A DNA stretch of 27,021 nt, from positions 1 through 27,021 of the forward strand of contig CAVUMN010000005.1 in assembly GCA_963742735.1 (NCBI GenBank), read 5' to 3'. How positions within the stretch are numbered: position 1 is the stretch's first letter; every line of letters begins with the position of its first letter. The position numbers were made by a program, and so were the translations under genes. Of this stretch, positions 26,377 to 27,021 are shown piece after piece. The notes under the pieces were generated by a model. That model was not told the origin of the DNA, ran no database searches, and saw nothing but the letters and a program-made list of their open reading frames with translations. Source of the stretch: an uncultured Actinomycetes bacterium (lineage in GTDB: Bacteria; Actinomycetota; UBA4738; JBBDTT01).

Positions 26377-26703
26377 GTGCGGCCGGAATCCATCGACGAG
26401 ATCGTTCGCGCCCTCCCGGGGCCCTGGCTGCCCGTCACGGTGGCGACTGCCAACGACACCGCGGTACGCGTAGCGATGCTCGACGGCGCCTTCGAGTGGC
26501 ACGACCACGACGAGGACGAACTGTTCCTGTGCTGGGAGGGCGCGTTCCGAATCGAGCTCGAGGACGCCGAGCCGGTCGAGCTGCAACGTGGCGACCTGTT
26601 CGTTGTACCCCGCAACACGCGTCACCGCCCAATTGCCGATGCGCCCGCTGTGACCCTCCTTCTCGAGAAGCCGGAGACGCTTCAGTACGGGAATGTGCGC
26701 TAG
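26377..26703 (+). CDS. Cupin-domain protein
   Basis: GAFEWHDHDEDELFLCWEG..GDLFVVPRNTRHRP. Confidence 0.88.
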   Translation: MRPESIDEIVRALPGPWLPVTVATANDTAVRVAMLDGAFEWHDHDEDELFLCWEGAFRIELEDAEPVELQRGDLFVVPRNTRHRPIADAPAVTLLLEKPETLQYGNVR

Positions 26704-26718
26704 CCAGATGGGGTTCTG

Positions 26719-27003
26719 ATGCCGTTTCGTCGGGCGGTCTTGACCGCGTGGGCGGCCGTGGTGGCCGCACAGATGGGGATCGGCGCCTGGTACTGGAGCT
26801 ACGCGAGCGTCGCCCATTGCCCGACCGCTCCCGGCATCATCGCCTGCGATCCGCTGGAGATCCGACCGCTGTGGCTCGTGTCCTACATCCTCTTCTTTGG
26901 AGGGAGTCTGACCGCCATCCTCGCCGTTGCCCTCGGTGCAACCCGGGTCGTCACCGGATGGCTCTCCCGAACTCCGGCCCCGGGGGCACATCTCTCAACC
27001 TAG
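26719..27003 (+). CDS. Small two-TM hypothetical protein
   Basis: 94-aa ORF with two hydrophobic segments flanking a loop containing two Cys. Confidence 0.55.
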   Translation: MPFRRAVLTAWAAVVAAQMGIGAWYWSYASVAHCPTAPGIIACDPLEIRPLWLVSYILFFGGSLTAILAVALGATRVVTGWLSRTPAPGAHLST

Positions 27004-27021
27004 GTGTCGGGCGCCGGGTCA

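Overview
The window appears to be two unrelated pieces of DNA joined at about 3632. The left part (1-3632) looks Acidobacteria-like by gene style and REP type, which is an inference. It holds the frameshifted 3' end of a UbiD-family decarboxylase, then a lower-GC block of small orphan genes separated by three copies of a 23-bp direct repeat (a possible cassette array with non-attC sites), a REP-like hairpin pair, and a MarR gene with a perfect palindromic operator. The right part (3633-27021) is very GC-rich and Actinomycetota-like. It starts with a korA that lacks its C-terminus and has no korB, followed by a cysteine desulfurase, an aldo/keto reductase and a USP-like gene. Next come a split cobalamin-independent methionine synthase behind a SAM-I/IV riboswitch and a molybdenum-cofactor cluster: two sulfite-oxidase-family enzymes, a MOT1 transporter, moaA, a MogA-XdhC fusion, a MoaD-MoaE fusion and moaC. 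The rest is an IscA/ErpA carrier, a Tat-exported PHP hydrolase, YbaK, an MDMPI-family enzyme, a GNAT, a methyltransferase, zinc-ribbon and DUF2207 membrane proteins, a Ca2+/H+ exchanger, ferritin and a cupin. Many single-base frameshifts in conserved genes suggest uncorrected long-read errors. All family calls come from motif recognition by eye; no database searches were run.
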